The position numbers and the translations under genes are program-made. From Brevundimonas sp. (GTDB lineage: Bacteria > Pseudomonadota > Alphaproteobacteria > Caulobacterales > Caulobacteraceae), in contig DAIOID010000001.1 in the NCBI GenBank assembly GCA_036744355.1, positions 11,727 through 75,726 of the forward strand: a stretch of 64,000 nucleotides of DNA. The letters are read 5' to 3'. Below the pieces are notes generated by a model, which made no database searches, had not been told where the DNA came from, and was given only the letters and a program-made list of their open reading frames with translations. Each line of letters opens with the position of its first letter. Within the stretch, counting starts at the first letter, position 1. Below are positions 50,429-60,691 of this stretch, piece after piece.

Positions 50429-51101
50429 CGCAAGCGTCCAGAATGAAGTCCGCCGCGTCGGCGCCGCGGCAGCGCATGAGTTCGATCCGCCATCGCGCTC
50501 GCCCGATGCCTGGAACCGGCAAGGGCGCCGACGGCTCGGCGCTGACGCGCCAGCGGGTCGCGGCCGCGGTCGGTTGACCGAAGTCTGCAGCCTCGGCCGC
50601 GCGACGCCATCGGCGGACCGCCAGACCGATCACACCCGAGGCTTCGGCGGCGAGTTGAAGCCGGCGCGAGGCGGTCATGCTGAGGCGGGACGTCTCGCAC
50701 ACGACACCGGCGAGACCGCGATGACGCAAGCCTTCCTCGAAACAGGCCATCAAGGCCTTCTCGTCTCCGGCCTCGACATAGATTACCCGATCCGGCTCCA
50801 GTCCGGCCTGGCTGAGCGCGGGGGCGAACAGGTCCGGTCGCGTGATGCACCAGAGCACGGGACCGGGGAGGCGGGCGACCACCCCGGCAGCGAACAGAGC
50901 GGCCGCAGCGCCGCCGACGGCGTCGTCACCACCTCCGGCCACCTCGTGGAGCGCGCCCAGGGTCAGTCCCCCGCCCGGCAGGGCGGCATCCACCGGCGCC
51001 ACGCCGAACGGCAACACACCGACCGGTCTTCGGTCGGCCTGCTCCAGGGCCAGGACCTGAGCACGCAGATCTTCAAGTTTGGCCGAGCGCGCGGCCGGCA
51101 T
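50343..51101 (-). CDS. imuA: ImuA RecA-like protein
   Basis: LPFG...D..LPGGGL..GALHE, DLFAPAL, ASRRLQLAAE, TAAATRW; GAGGAG RBS before ATG 51101. Confidence 0.92.
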   Translation of the reverse strand: MPAARSAKLEDLRAQVLALEQADRRPVGVLPFGVAPVDAALPGGGLTLGALHEVAGGGDDAVGGAAAALFAAGVVARLPGPVLWCITRPDLFAPALSQAGLEPDRVIYVEAGDEKALMACFEEGLRHRGLAGVVCETSRLSMTASRRLQLAAEASGVIGLAVRRWRRAAEAADFGQPTAAATRWRVSAEPSAPLPVPGIGRARWRIELMRCRGADAADFILDACDETGRLALPAELARRSASPTARRGRAAA

Positions 51102-51128
51102 CGACGAACTCCTCATTGCCACGATAAT

Positions 51129-51143
51129 GTTCTTGAAACGTTC
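51129..51143. promoter_or_regulatory. LexA box between imuA and the SRAP gene
   Basis: GTTC-ttgaaac-GTTC. Confidence 0.85.
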
Positions 51144-51251
51144 TGGTTCGGCGCCGGGGGCGGAGTCAATCCGGCGGGGCGTTTATCCCCGCCGATTTGC
51201 GGCGAGGTCGGAGCCGTGAAATCCTGCGCCCGACGGCCCCCGGAAGGTTCT

Positions 51252-51830
51252 ATGTGCAACGAATATCAGCTCATCCTGCCGTTCGATGACATCATCGCGG
51301 CGTTCAACCAGACGGGCGACCGGCTGGTCTTTCCAGGAGGCATGCCGAATTTCGGACCGATGGCGTCGATCCGCATCGGCGATCGCGCGCCTGTCATCCA
51401 CATGGGAAAGGCGGGGCCAGAGGTTCTCATGACGCCTTGGGCGTGGAAGGGGCCGGGGGGACGGCCGGTGTTCAACTTCCGCTCCGATGGACGGTCGTTC
51501 CAAGGATCGCACCGGTGCCTGATTCCGTCGGACGGCTTTTTCGAGTTCACCGACGCGGAACCGGGCCAGAAGCGGAAGACGAAGTGGCGTTTCACCCTCG
51601 CCGGCCAGCGGCTCTTCTGGGTGGCGGGTCTGATCAAGGACGGCGCCTTCGCCATGTTGACCACCGAGCCGGGGGTGGACATCGCCCCCTATCACGACCG
51701 CCAGATCGTGGTCTTGCGCCCCCAAGACGGTGCGGCCTGGCTCAATCTGCAGACACCGCACGACGACCTGTTGCGGGCATTGCCCGCCGGGAGCCTCGAT
51801 GCCGAGAAGGTCTTCCCGGTCGCGGCCTGA
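51252..51830 (+). CDS. SOS response-associated peptidase (SRAP/YedK/HMCES family)
   Basis: MCN N-terminus (Cys2), FN.RS, RCLIP.DGFFE, HDRQ. Confidence 0.88.
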   Translation: MCNEYQLILPFDDIIAAFNQTGDRLVFPGGMPNFGPMASIRIGDRAPVIHMGKAGPEVLMTPWAWKGPGGRPVFNFRSDGRSFQGSHRCLIPSDGFFEFTDAEPGQKRKTKWRFTLAGQRLFWVAGLIKDGAFAMLTTEPGVDIAPYHDRQIVVLRPQDGAAWLNLQTPHDDLLRALPAGSLDAEKVFPVAA

Positions 51831-52034
51831 GCCTGAATCCGAGAAGGCGTCTGAACGAATGTGGCGCCGGGTCACGCGCCGCGAGGCCAACGCGCGTCTG
51901 AGGGGAGCGGCCAAGTCGTCGCGGAACTTCCGGCGGCCGCTGAACAGGTCTCAGGACCGTTCCCCGGGGCCGCGACCGGAGGGAAGGGAAGGGCGGGGAG
52001 GGGCGCTCCGCTTCGGAGTGGTCAGGAGCTCATC

Positions 52035-52709
52035 ATGTCTCTCGCCCTCATCGAGCCGCCCAACCCGCGGCGGCTGTCCACTTTCGGTCGCGCTGTAACC
52101 ACCGCCGACGGCGGCTGCGCCTGGCTTCACCGTCTCCTCATCGATCTCGACCTCGCGGCCGACGGAGCCCTGGTCGGCGCGCTCCAGCGCCGGTTCGAAA
52201 CAGTCGGCGCCTTCGTTCACGCCGACGCTGCGGAGTTGAAGCGCCACGGTCTCGACCAGAAGACGGTAGACCGCATCAAACGCCTGGCGGGACTGATCGA
52301 ACATCTCGCCCGGGAAACCGCCAGCCGCCAGCCTGTGATCACCTCATGGTCGAGCCTCGTCGCCTACGCCCGTGTGTCCGTCGGTCATCGGCCAAGGGAA
52401 CAGTTCCGCGTCCTGTATCTCGACAAGAAGAACCGCCTGCTTTGCGACGAAGCGGCGGCGGATGGCACCGTGGACCATGCTCCGGTGTATCCCCGCGAGG
52501 TGGTGCGGCGGGCGCTCGAGGCCGGCGCGTCCGCCCTGATCCTCATCCACAATCACCCGTCCGGCGATCCCCAGCCGTCGCAGGCCGACATCGCCATGAC
52601 GCGCAAGGTGGTCGAGGCGGCGAGGGTGTTTGACATCCCGGTGCACGACCATCTCGTGGTGGGTCGGGAGGGCACGGCGAGCTTTCGGCAGATGGGGTTG
52701 CTCCCATGA
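52035..52709 (+). CDS. radC: RadC/JAB-domain protein
   Basis: EQFRVLYLD.KN, GTVD...VYPREV, HNHPSGDP.PS.AD, HDH. Confidence 0.9.
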   Translation: MSLALIEPPNPRRLSTFGRAVTTADGGCAWLHRLLIDLDLAADGALVGALQRRFETVGAFVHADAAELKRHGLDQKTVDRIKRLAGLIEHLARETASRQPVITSWSSLVAYARVSVGHRPREQFRVLYLDKKNRLLCDEAAADGTVDHAPVYPREVVRRALEAGASALILIHNHPSGDPQPSQADIAMTRKVVEAARVFDIPVHDHLVVGREGTASFRQMGLLP

Positions 52710-53635
52710 GCCTGCGCGGCATTGTCGCCGCCCTCGGCGGCGATCTCTATCACAACGGCGCGCGCGCCAACGTGCCTGGGCCCGGCCATTCCGGCGAAGA
52801 CCGCTCCGTGTCCCTGTGGCTGACGGAGGGGCGCGTCGTGGCCCATTCGTTCGGAGGGTCGGACTGGCGCGCCGTGATGGCGGATCTGCGCCGTCGCGGC
52901 CTCGTGGACGCGGCGGGCCGGCCGACGGGCGCGCCGCTGTCCGGCGCCGCATCGGTCGCACGTCCGGATACGCGCGTTCGTCGGCAGACGGCCGAGCGGC
53001 TCTGGTCGCAGGGCGTGAGGATCGGCCCGTCCGGCCTGGCCGCCCGTCATCTGCAGCGTCGCGCCGTTCCTTGGTCCATTGGCGTTCGCGACCTTCTCGA
53101 ACATCCCGCCGCGCCGGTCTCGGTCTATCGGACCGGCGGGCCGACCCTGCGGGCTCTGATGGCCCGCATCAGCGATCCCGACGGGCGCACGACCGGGGTG
53201 GAACTGACCTATCTGGACGCTGCGGCGCGTCAGGCGGTCCGATTGGCGGTGTCACGCAAGACCGTGGGCTGTGTTCCGCCCGGCGCTGCCGTCCGTTTGT
53301 CCGTCGTCGGCCGCAGGATGCTGGTGGCTGAAGGGGTCGTCACGACCCTTTCGGCCGTGCGCGGGTTCGACCTGCCCGGCTGGGCGCTGCTCTCCGCCGG
53401 CAATCTGGCGGCCTGGACGCCGCCGCCCGATGTCCGCAGCGTTGTGATCGCCGCTGACCGCGGTCTCGCCGGCGAGGCCGCCGCCCGCCGTTTGAAGCAT
53501 CGCCTTACGGCGCTCGGCCTTGCTGTGGAGATGCGTCTGCCGCCGCCCGGCTGTGGCGATTGGAACGACGCCATCCGCACGACCGCCGAAGGGGGAAAGG
53601 AAGGGCGAGGGAGTGCGCCGGAGAGGCGGGGATAG
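52706..53635 (+). CDS. Toprim-domain protein (mobile-element primase-like)
   Basis: PGPGH...DRS.S, VAEG..T.LS, IAAD...AG..AA, DWND. Confidence 0.85.
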   Translation: MSLRGIVAALGGDLYHNGARANVPGPGHSGEDRSVSLWLTEGRVVAHSFGGSDWRAVMADLRRRGLVDAAGRPTGAPLSGAASVARPDTRVRRQTAERLWSQGVRIGPSGLAARHLQRRAVPWSIGVRDLLEHPAAPVSVYRTGGPTLRALMARISDPDGRTTGVELTYLDAAARQAVRLAVSRKTVGCVPPGAAVRLSVVGRRMLVAEGVVTTLSAVRGFDLPGWALLSAGNLAAWTPPPDVRSVVIAADRGLAGEAAARRLKHRLTALGLAVEMRLPPPGCGDWNDAIRTTAEGGKEGRGSAPERRG

Positions 53636-53661
53636 GCCCCGTCGCCGGCAGGAGTTCCGTC

Positions 53662-55761
53662 ATGCCCAGATCCGCCTCCGCCGCCCTCACGGTCGTCGAG
53701 ACCCCGTTCGACATCGCCGCAGCCCGCGCCCGACTGCGGGTTCCCCTGCGCGATGTGGACATCGCCCCCGAGAACCTGCGCTTCGGCGAACCGCCGGACG
53801 ACGACATTCCGCTGCTGGCGGAAACCCTATTCGCGGCGGGCCAGCTGGAGCCGCTGACCGTGCGCCCGGGACGGCGAAACGAGCGGGCGAACATGGCCCT
53901 GGACGGCCGTCGTCGCCTCCTCGCCTTGCGCTATCTGCTGGAAGGCGGCCGCATCGAGGACGGCTTCCTCGTGGACGTGGTGGTGGAGACGGATCCCGCG
54001 CGCCAGGCGGCCGCTGTCCTGCTCACCAACACCGCCGCCCCGGTTCACGTCGCCGACGTCATCGCCGCGATCGGCCGGATGCTCAAGGGCAAACTCGCCG
54101 TGCCCGGGATCGCGAAGGCCTTGGGGTACGCCGAGATCGACGTGAAGCGGCTCGCCGCCCTGTCGGCCCTGCCGCCCGTGGCCCTCGAAGCCTTGCGGCG
54201 CGGTCGGCTCAATCTGCGGCAGGCCCGGCTGCTCGCCCGGCTGCCGGACAAGGCCGAGCAGGCCGAATATGCGCAAATGACGCTCGACGGACATGGCTTC
54301 CAGGACTGGCGCATCACCGAGAAGCTGGACGAAGACCAGGTCACGGCGGGCGACCCGCGCTGCGCCCTGGTCGGCGCGGAGCGCTATGCAGCGGCCGGCG
54401 GCCGCACCGTCGTCGATCTGTTCGGAGAGCGCGCGCCGGTGCTTCTCGACCCGGCGATCCTGACCGACGTCTGGACGCGGCGCGCGCGAGAGATCGCCCT
54501 GGTCTTCGAGGCGGAAGGCCTTGCCGTCCATGTGTCGGCGGGCGACGCTCTCGAGCTGCCGGACGATCTGGAACCGGCTCGCTACGCCTATGGCGGCATG
54601 CTGCCCGCCGCCGAGCTGGACGCCTATCGCGAGGCGCGCGAGGTCTTCAACGCCGCCGCCGAGGCGGTCGGGGAACGGCTTGCCGAAACCACGGACCCGG
54701 CCGTCGTCGATCCCCTGCTGATCGCGATGGCGAAGGCGCGCCTCGCGATGGACCAGATCAGCTGGGGCGGCCGCATCGCCACGACAATGGTCTTCTTTCC
54801 GTCCGTCCGGGCGGGCCTCGACATCCGCTGCTTTACCCCGGTCGAGCCGGAGATCGAGGACGACGAGGAGCTCAGCGACGCCCGCGAGGAGGTCGACGAC
54901 GACGGCGATCTGTCGCCGGCGAACGGGCGATCCCATCGGGCGCCGGAGGTCGAGGCGCCGGAGCCCGAGACCGAGGGGATCAGTCACGCCCTGCACGCGG
55001 TGCGCACCGATGTCGCGACCCGCGGCCTGATCCGGGCGCTGGCCGACGATCCGGGCGCGGCGCTCACGGCGCTGATCGCGCGCCTGTTCGTCCAGGTCGC
55101 GGTCCGCGGGTTCGGCGCACGATCCGAATCCGCCTTCGCCCTGACCGCGACGGCCTTCAACCCCGCCGGCGGACGGATCATCGAGCCTCTGGACGGCGAC
55201 GTTCGCCAACGGCTTGATGAGCGGCGCGCGGCCTGGGAGGGGTCGGACCAGACGGTGATCGCCTGGGTTCACGCGCTCGCGCATGGCGACAAGATGAGCC
55301 TGCTCGCCGAGCTGACGGCCCTGACGCTCGATCTGCGCGAAGAGCGGACCAGCCTGATCCGGCGGGCCGCGCGCGCCGAGGCGGCGGAACTGGCTGCTCT
55401 CTGCGGCGCGGACATCACCTTGCACTGGACGCCGGACGCCGACTTCCTCAAGCCGCATTCCAAGGCGCTCCTGCTCGGCATGCTGGAGGCGATGGAAGAG
55501 CCGAGCGATCCCCGCGTCGGTGTGCTGAAGAAGACGGACCTGGTCGACTGGGTGGCGGAACGGGCGGCCGAACGCACCTGGGCGCCGGCCGGTCTGTCGT
55601 GGACGACCGACATGCCGGACGGCGATCCGGACGGGGCGGTGATGGACGGGCCCGACCCGTCGGACGCCGCGGCCGAAGGGACCGCCTCGCCCGAGGTGGA
55701 CGGCGCCGGCGCCTTCGTCGTCACCGAGGCGGGGGAGGCGGCCCTCCAGCAGACCGCCTGA
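53662..55761 (+). CDS. ParB/Srx-domain protein (mobile-element type)
   Basis: ENLR, G.LEPL.V, DGRRRL.AL, Y.AAGG....DLF. Confidence 0.85.
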   Translation: MPRSASAALTVVETPFDIAAARARLRVPLRDVDIAPENLRFGEPPDDDIPLLAETLFAAGQLEPLTVRPGRRNERANMALDGRRRLLALRYLLEGGRIEDGFLVDVVVETDPARQAAAVLLTNTAAPVHVADVIAAIGRMLKGKLAVPGIAKALGYAEIDVKRLAALSALPPVALEALRRGRLNLRQARLLARLPDKAEQAEYAQMTLDGHGFQDWRITEKLDEDQVTAGDPRCALVGAERYAAAGGRTVVDLFGERAPVLLDPAILTDVWTRRAREIALVFEAEGLAVHVSAGDALELPDDLEPARYAYGGMLPAAELDAYREAREVFNAAAEAVGERLAETTDPAVVDPLLIAMAKARLAMDQISWGGRIATTMVFFPSVRAGLDIRCFTPVEPEIEDDEELSDAREEVDDDGDLSPANGRSHRAPEVEAPEPETEGISHALHAVRTDVATRGLIRALADDPGAALTALIARLFVQVAVRGFGARSESAFALTATAFNPAGGRIIEPLDGDVRQRLDERRAAWEGSDQTVIAWVHALAHGDKMSLLAELTALTLDLREERTSLIRRAARAEAAELAALCGADITLHWTPDADFLKPHSKALLLGMLEAMEEPSDPRVGVLKKTDLVDWVAERAAERTWAPAGLSWTTDMPDGDPDGAVMDGPDPSDAAAEGTASPEVDGAGAFVVTEAGEAALQQTA

Positions 55762-55778
55762 GACCCCTGCCGCCCAAG

Positions 55779-55810
55779 AACCCGCTCCGCCGTCCGGCGG
55801 GGCGGGTTTT
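55779..55810 (+). terminator. Hairpin plus T tract after the ParB-like gene
   Basis: AACCCGCTCCGCCG-TC-CGGCGGGGCGGGTT followed by TT. Confidence 0.6.
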
Positions 55811-55913
55811 GTGCGCGCCGTTCCTGTTGAAAGGGAAGAAGAGGGCCAGGCGCGGCGAGCCTGGAGGACCGTGGGGGATGCGCCCTCCGCTCCCGGCGAG
55901 CGGAGCCGCGACC

Positions 55914-58900
55914 ATGTCATCGACCTCGACCCTGTCCCTCTTTCCTCCCGCGACCGACACGCCCCACGCCGCCAATGTGCTGGCGGCCGCCCGGGCGCTG
56001 GCAGGCCATCTCGCGCGATCGCGCCCGCTGGATCGCCGTCTGGTCTCGGAGGTGATGACGACCCTCTTCGGCGGCGCCGACACGGAGGGCAAATGGCTCT
56101 GGCGCGACGCCTACGAGGCGATCGAGGCCGCCACGGTGCTTCAGATCCGGCGGATGGCCCCCCAGGTCGCCCGCCTCGAGGACGCGCCAGCCGAAATCGC
56201 CGCCCTGCTGGCCGCGGTCTCCGCGCTCGGCCTGACGCACAGCCGGCGCACCGAGGACCAGGTCGCCCTGGATCAGTTCTCCACGCCGCCGGAGCTGGCG
56301 GCGATCGCGGTGCTCGCGGCCCAGGTGCGTCCCGGGGACCGGGTCCTTGAACCCTCGGCCGGCACGGGCCTGATCGCGGCCGTGGCGGAAGCCTGTGGGG
56401 GCACCGTGTGGCTCAACGAGCCGGCGGACGGCCGCGCCGCCCTGCTCGACGGCCTGTTTCCCGCAGCGCGTCGATCGCGCCTCGACGGCCGCCACATCCA
56501 CGACCTGCTGGACGCCGCAGGCCGGTTCGACGTCGCGGTTTGCAATCCGCCGTTCACGGACCTGGAGCGCCACCTGACAGCGGCGCTGGGCGCGCTCGCC
56601 GACGGCGGACGTCTCGCGGCGGTCGCGCCGGCTTCGACCCTGTCGGACGAGGGCGGCCTGCGCCAGCTGTCGGATCGGGGCCGCATCGTCGCCCGGATAC
56701 TCTTTCCGCCGCGCGCTTTCGCCCGGCACGGCACCTCGGTGGAGACCGGTCTGCTGGTGCTGGATCGGGGCGAGGCCGGTGCGGAGATCGCACCGCTCGC
56801 CGTGGCAGACGACCTGCCGACCGCCGCGATTCTGGCCGCCGCCGTGCCGGGGCGCGCGGGAGCCCGGCCGCGCGCCCGGATTGAAGCGTCGCCGGCCTCG
56901 CTTCTGGCGCCCGGAGGTCGCGCCGGTGCGCGCGCGTCGGCGCGCCTCGCCTTCCTGGCGGGCGCGTCCGCCGTGGACTATGAAACGCGCGCCTGGACGG
57001 GCGAGGGCCGCGGTGTCGGTCTTTATCAGGCCCATGGGCTGGCGCGCATCGTCCTGCCGGACCCTCGGCCGCACCCGTCGCCGCTGGTGGAGTCCGGACC
57101 GATGGCCTCCGTGCCCCCGCCCGCGCCGACCTACCGGCCTTTGTTGCCCCGGGCTCTGCGCGACGAAGGGCGGATCTCCGACGCCCAGACCGAGACCGTC
57201 ATCTACGCCGGCGAGGCCCACTCCGGCCTGTTGCCGGCCTGGTGGACGCCGGGCGAGGCGGCCCATCGGCTGGTCCTGTCCCGTGAGAACTCCCCCGGCG
57301 CCGTCCAGCTTCGCCGGGGCTTTTTCCTCGGCGACGGCACGGGCTGCGGCAAGGGCCGTCAGATCGCCGCCGTCATCGCCGACAACATGGCCCAGGGCCG
57401 CACGCGCGCGCTCTGGCTGTCCCGCAGCGACGCCCTGCTGGAGGACGCCCGGCGGGATTGGACGGCCATCGGCGGGGCCGCGTCGGACCTTACGCCGCTG
57501 AACAGCTGGAAGCTCGGCGAGACCGTACGGCTCGATCGGGGCGTGGTGTTCACCACATATGCGACGCTGCGGCAGCCCGCGCGCGGCGCAAAGATGTCCC
57601 GTCTCGATCAGATCGTCGCCTGGCTGGGCGAGGATTTCGACGGGGTGATCGCGTTCGACGAGGCCCACGCCATGGCCAACGCCGCCGGGGGCGGCAAGGG
57701 CGCCCGGGGCGCGAAGAAGGCGTCGTTGCAAGGCATGGCGGGCCTGGCCCTGCAGAACCGCCTTCCGAACGCCCGAATCCTCTATGTTTCGGCGACCGGC
57801 GCCACGACCGCCGAGAACCTCGCCTACGCCTCGCGGCTGGGCCTGTGGGGCGGACCGGAGGCGCCGTTCACGACCCGCGAGGACTTCCTCGACGCCATGG
57901 ACAAGGGCGGCGTGGCGGCCATGGAGCTGGTCGCGCGCGAGCTCAAGGTGCTCGGCCTCTATGTGGCGCGCAGCCTGTCGTTCGAGGGCGTCGAATATGC
58001 GCCGCTCGCCCATGCCCTGACCGAGGACGACGTCGCCATCTGGGACGCCTGGGCCGACGCGTTCCAGATGATCCACGCCCATCTCGCCGAAGCCCTGAAG
58101 GCGACCGGCCTGGCGGACGCGGACGGCAAACCCAAAAGCCCGATGGCCGCCTCGGCGGTCCATTCGGCATTCGAGGGCGCAAAGCTGCGCTTCTTCGGCC
58201 ATCTGCTGGCCGGACTGAAGGCGCCCACCCTGATCGCCGCCATCCGGGCGGACCTCGCCGAAGGACGCTCCGCCGTCGTCCAGATCGTGTCGACCAACGA
58301 GGCGGTGATGGAACGCCGCCTGGCCTCCGTTCCGCCGGAGGAGTGGAACAACCTCTCGATCGACCTGACGCCGCGCGAATACGTCCTCGACTATCTGCGC
58401 GAGGCTTTTCCCGTGCATCTGATGGAGGCGGTCGAGGACGCGGACGGCGGCGTAACGCTCGTTCCCGTGTTGGTCGATGGGCGGCCCGCCGTCAGCCAGG
58501 AGGCGCTCCAGCGTCGCGCCTTCCTGATCGCCCGCCTCGCCGGCCTGCCCGCGGTCCCCGGCGCGCTGGACGCGTTGCTGGATGCGTTCGGGACCGATCA
58601 TGTGGCGGAGATCACCGGACGGTCCCGCCGCGTGGTCCGTCGGGCGGGCCGTCGCGTCGTCGAGCGCCGCGGAGCGTCGGCCGCCCGCGCCGAGACGGAC
58701 GCCTTCATGTCGGGCCGCAAACGGGTGCTCGTCTTCTCCGAGGCCGGGGGGACGGGGCGCAGCTACCACGCCGACCAGTCGGCCCCGAACCGGCAGCCTC
58801 GCGTCCACTATCTCGTCGAGCCGGGCTGGCGTGCGGACAACGCCATCCAGGGGCTGGGGCGGACCCACCGGACACACCAGGCCTCGGCGCCGCTGTTCCG

Positions 58901-60176
58901 GCCCGTTGTCACCGACATCCACGGCGAGAAGCGCTTCACCTCCACCATCGCCCGACGGCTCGACTCCCTGGGCGCCCTGACGCGGGGCGAACGCCGCACG
59001 GCCGGGGCCGGCCTGTTCCGGGCCGAGGACAATCTGGAAAGTCCGTGGGCGCGTCGGGCCCTGCTGGTGTTCTACGGCGCGCTCGGCTTCGGGGAGCTGG
59101 CGGCGATGGACCTGGAGACGTTCGAAGGCAAGACCGGGCTGAAGCTGCGCGACGCCGACGGCGGCCTGAAGCCGTCGGACGACCTGCCGCCGATCCACAC
59201 CTTCCTGAACCGGCTTCTGGCCTTGCGGATCGCCGATCAGAACGCCTTGTTCGCGGACTTCGACGCGATCCTCTCCGGCATTCTGGAGCGGGCCGCGGCC
59301 TCGGGGGAGCTCGATCGCGGACTGGAAGACATCGAGGCGGAGGCGCTGGAGGTGATCGACGCCGAGACCATCCGCACCGACGTCGCCACCGGCGCCGAAA
59401 CGGCGCTCGTCACCTTCGAGCTGAAGGTCGCGCGCGACCTGCTCCCAGCCGACGCGGCGTCCGCTCAGGCGAAGGCGGGAGCCTGCCGGTTCGTCGTCAA
59501 TGCGCGCTCAGGCCGAGCGGCGGTGGCGGAACTCGGCCTGACCACGACGACCGACGACGATCGTCTCGTGCCCGCCGTGCGACTGGTGCGGCCCGACCAA
59601 CGGGGAGTCATGCCGGAAAGGGCGTTCGCGGAATCCGCCTGGGCCGAGGCGGACGAGGCGACATGGCGCTCGATCTGGGACGCCGAGGTGGCCGCGGCGG
59701 ATCCATGGCGAACGCGCCGGCTGACGCTCGCGACCGGCCTTCTCCTGCCGATCTGGGGGCGGCTGCCGGCCAAGGGCTGCGCCGTGCGGCGCGTCCGCGC
59801 GCCGGACGGTCGGCGCTGGCTCGGCCGGGTGCTGGACGAGGTCCAGGCGTCGTCCCTGAAAGCCGCGCTCGGCCTGACGTCCCTGGGCGACGCCTGGGCC
59901 GACGGCGCGCGCACGGCGGCCGCGCTCCTGGATCGCAACGTGCAGCTCGCGTTGACAGGGGGGCTGTGGCTGAAGCGCGCACGGGTGATGGATCGATGGC
60001 GGCTGGAGGTGGTGGGCGGACGGATGGACCGGGACGCGCTCGTGGCGCTCGGCTGCTTCGTCGAGATCATCGCCTATACCCCGAGGCTCTTCGTGCCGGT
60101 GGATCGGCCCGATGTGGTGGAAGCGGTGCTGCGGCGTCATCCCGTGCAGTCCGTCCTCGACGGCGCGGCCGCGTGA
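55914..60176 (+). CDS. Strawberry-notch family protein (N6-MTase-like domain + SF2 helicase)
   Basis: QFSTP, VLEPSAGTG, NPPF; GDGTGCGKGR, FDEAH, SATG, G.SYHAD, QGLGRTHR. Confidence 0.9.
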   Translation: MSSTSTLSLFPPATDTPHAANVLAAARALAGHLARSRPLDRRLVSEVMTTLFGGADTEGKWLWRDAYEAIEAATVLQIRRMAPQVARLEDAPAEIAALLAAVSALGLTHSRRTEDQVALDQFSTPPELAAIAVLAAQVRPGDRVLEPSAGTGLIAAVAEACGGTVWLNEPADGRAALLDGLFPAARRSRLDGRHIHDLLDAAGRFDVAVCNPPFTDLERHLTAALGALADGGRLAAVAPASTLSDEGGLRQLSDRGRIVARILFPPRAFARHGTSVETGLLVLDRGEAGAEIAPLAVADDLPTAAILAAAVPGRAGARPRARIEASPASLLAPGGRAGARASARLAFLAGASAVDYETRAWTGEGRGVGLYQAHGLARIVLPDPRPHPSPLVESGPMASVPPPAPTYRPLLPRALRDEGRISDAQTETVIYAGEAHSGLLPAWWTPGEAAHRLVLSRENSPGAVQLRRGFFLGDGTGCGKGRQIAAVIADNMAQGRTRALWLSRSDALLEDARRDWTAIGGAASDLTPLNSWKLGETVRLDRGVVFTTYATLRQPARGAKMSRLDQIVAWLGEDFDGVIAFDEAHAMANAAGGGKGARGAKKASLQGMAGLALQNRLPNARILYVSATGATTAENLAYASRLGLWGGPEAPFTTREDFLDAMDKGGVAAMELVARELKVLGLYVARSLSFEGVEYAPLAHALTEDDVAIWDAWADAFQMIHAHLAEALKATGLADADGKPKSPMAASAVHSAFEGAKLRFFGHLLAGLKAPTLIAAIRADLAEGRSAVVQIVSTNEAVMERRLASVPPEEWNNLSIDLTPREYVLDYLREAFPVHLMEAVEDADGGVTLVPVLVDGRPAVSQEALQRRAFLIARLAGLPAVPGALDALLDAFGTDHVAEITGRSRRVVRRAGRRVVERRGASAARAETDAFMSGRKRVLVFSEAGGTGRSYHADQSAPNRQPRVHYLVEPGWRADNAIQGLGRTHRTHQASAPLFRPVVTDIHGEKRFTSTIARRLDSLGALTRGERRTAGAGLFRAEDNLESPWARRALLVFYGALGFGELAAMDLETFEGKTGLKLRDADGGLKPSDDLPPIHTFLNRLLALRIADQNALFADFDAILSGILERAAASGELDRGLEDIEAEALEVIDAETIRTDVATGAETALVTFELKVARDLLPADAASAQAKAGACRFVVNARSGRAAVAELGLTTTTDDDRLVPAVRLVRPDQRGVMPERAFAESAWAEADEATWRSIWDAEVAAADPWRTRRLTLATGLLLPIWGRLPAKGCAVRRVRAPDGRRWLGRVLDEVQASSLKAALGLTSLGDAWADGARTAAALLDRNVQLALTGGLWLKRARVMDRWRLEVVGGRMDRDALVALGCFVEIIAYTPRLFVPVDRPDVVEAVLRRHPVQSVLDGAAA

Positions 60177-60296
60177 TCCGGGTCCCGGTCGGGCGGAGGC
60201 CCGACCGGGAGCAGGTCGGGAGGAAGGGAGGTCCCGGATGAAGCAGGATCGGGGAGATCGTCTCCCCGGACGGCTTCGGATCAACAGGAGACTGAC

Positions 60297-60650
60297 ATGC
60301 AGACCATGGTGTTCACAGGCCGCCTCGCGGCCGATCCCCAGATCAGCGACGACTTCGGCAAGGCGGTCTTTCGTCTGCTCGAACAGCGCGGGACCGACAA
60401 CGCCGGCAAGCCCCGGCTCGTCGGCGTCAACTGCGTCAGCTGGTCGAAGAGCCTGAACGAGAAGGTCATCGCCCGCGGCCTGGCGCAGGGCTGCGAGGCC
60501 GTGGTCATCGGCGCCTTCATCGACACCGCCTACGCCACACGGGACGGCCAGGAGCGCACCGCCAAGGAGCTTGTGGTGAACCGGCTCACCGTCCTCGACT
60601 GGGCGGAAGACCGGCAGGACCAGGCCGCCGAAGACCGCGTCGCGGCCTGA
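60297..60650 (+). CDS. ssb: Single-stranded DNA-binding protein (short, no DDIPF tail)
   Basis: GRLAADP, OB-fold pattern, Y.TRDGQER; AGGAG RBS. Confidence 0.75.
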   Translation: MQTMVFTGRLAADPQISDDFGKAVFRLLEQRGTDNAGKPRLVGVNCVSWSKSLNEKVIARGLAQGCEAVVIGAFIDTAYATRDGQERTAKELVVNRLTVLDWAEDRQDQAAEDRVAA

Positions 60651-60691
60651 ACCGCCCATCCATCAACCCCTCATTCCAAGGAGATTGAACC

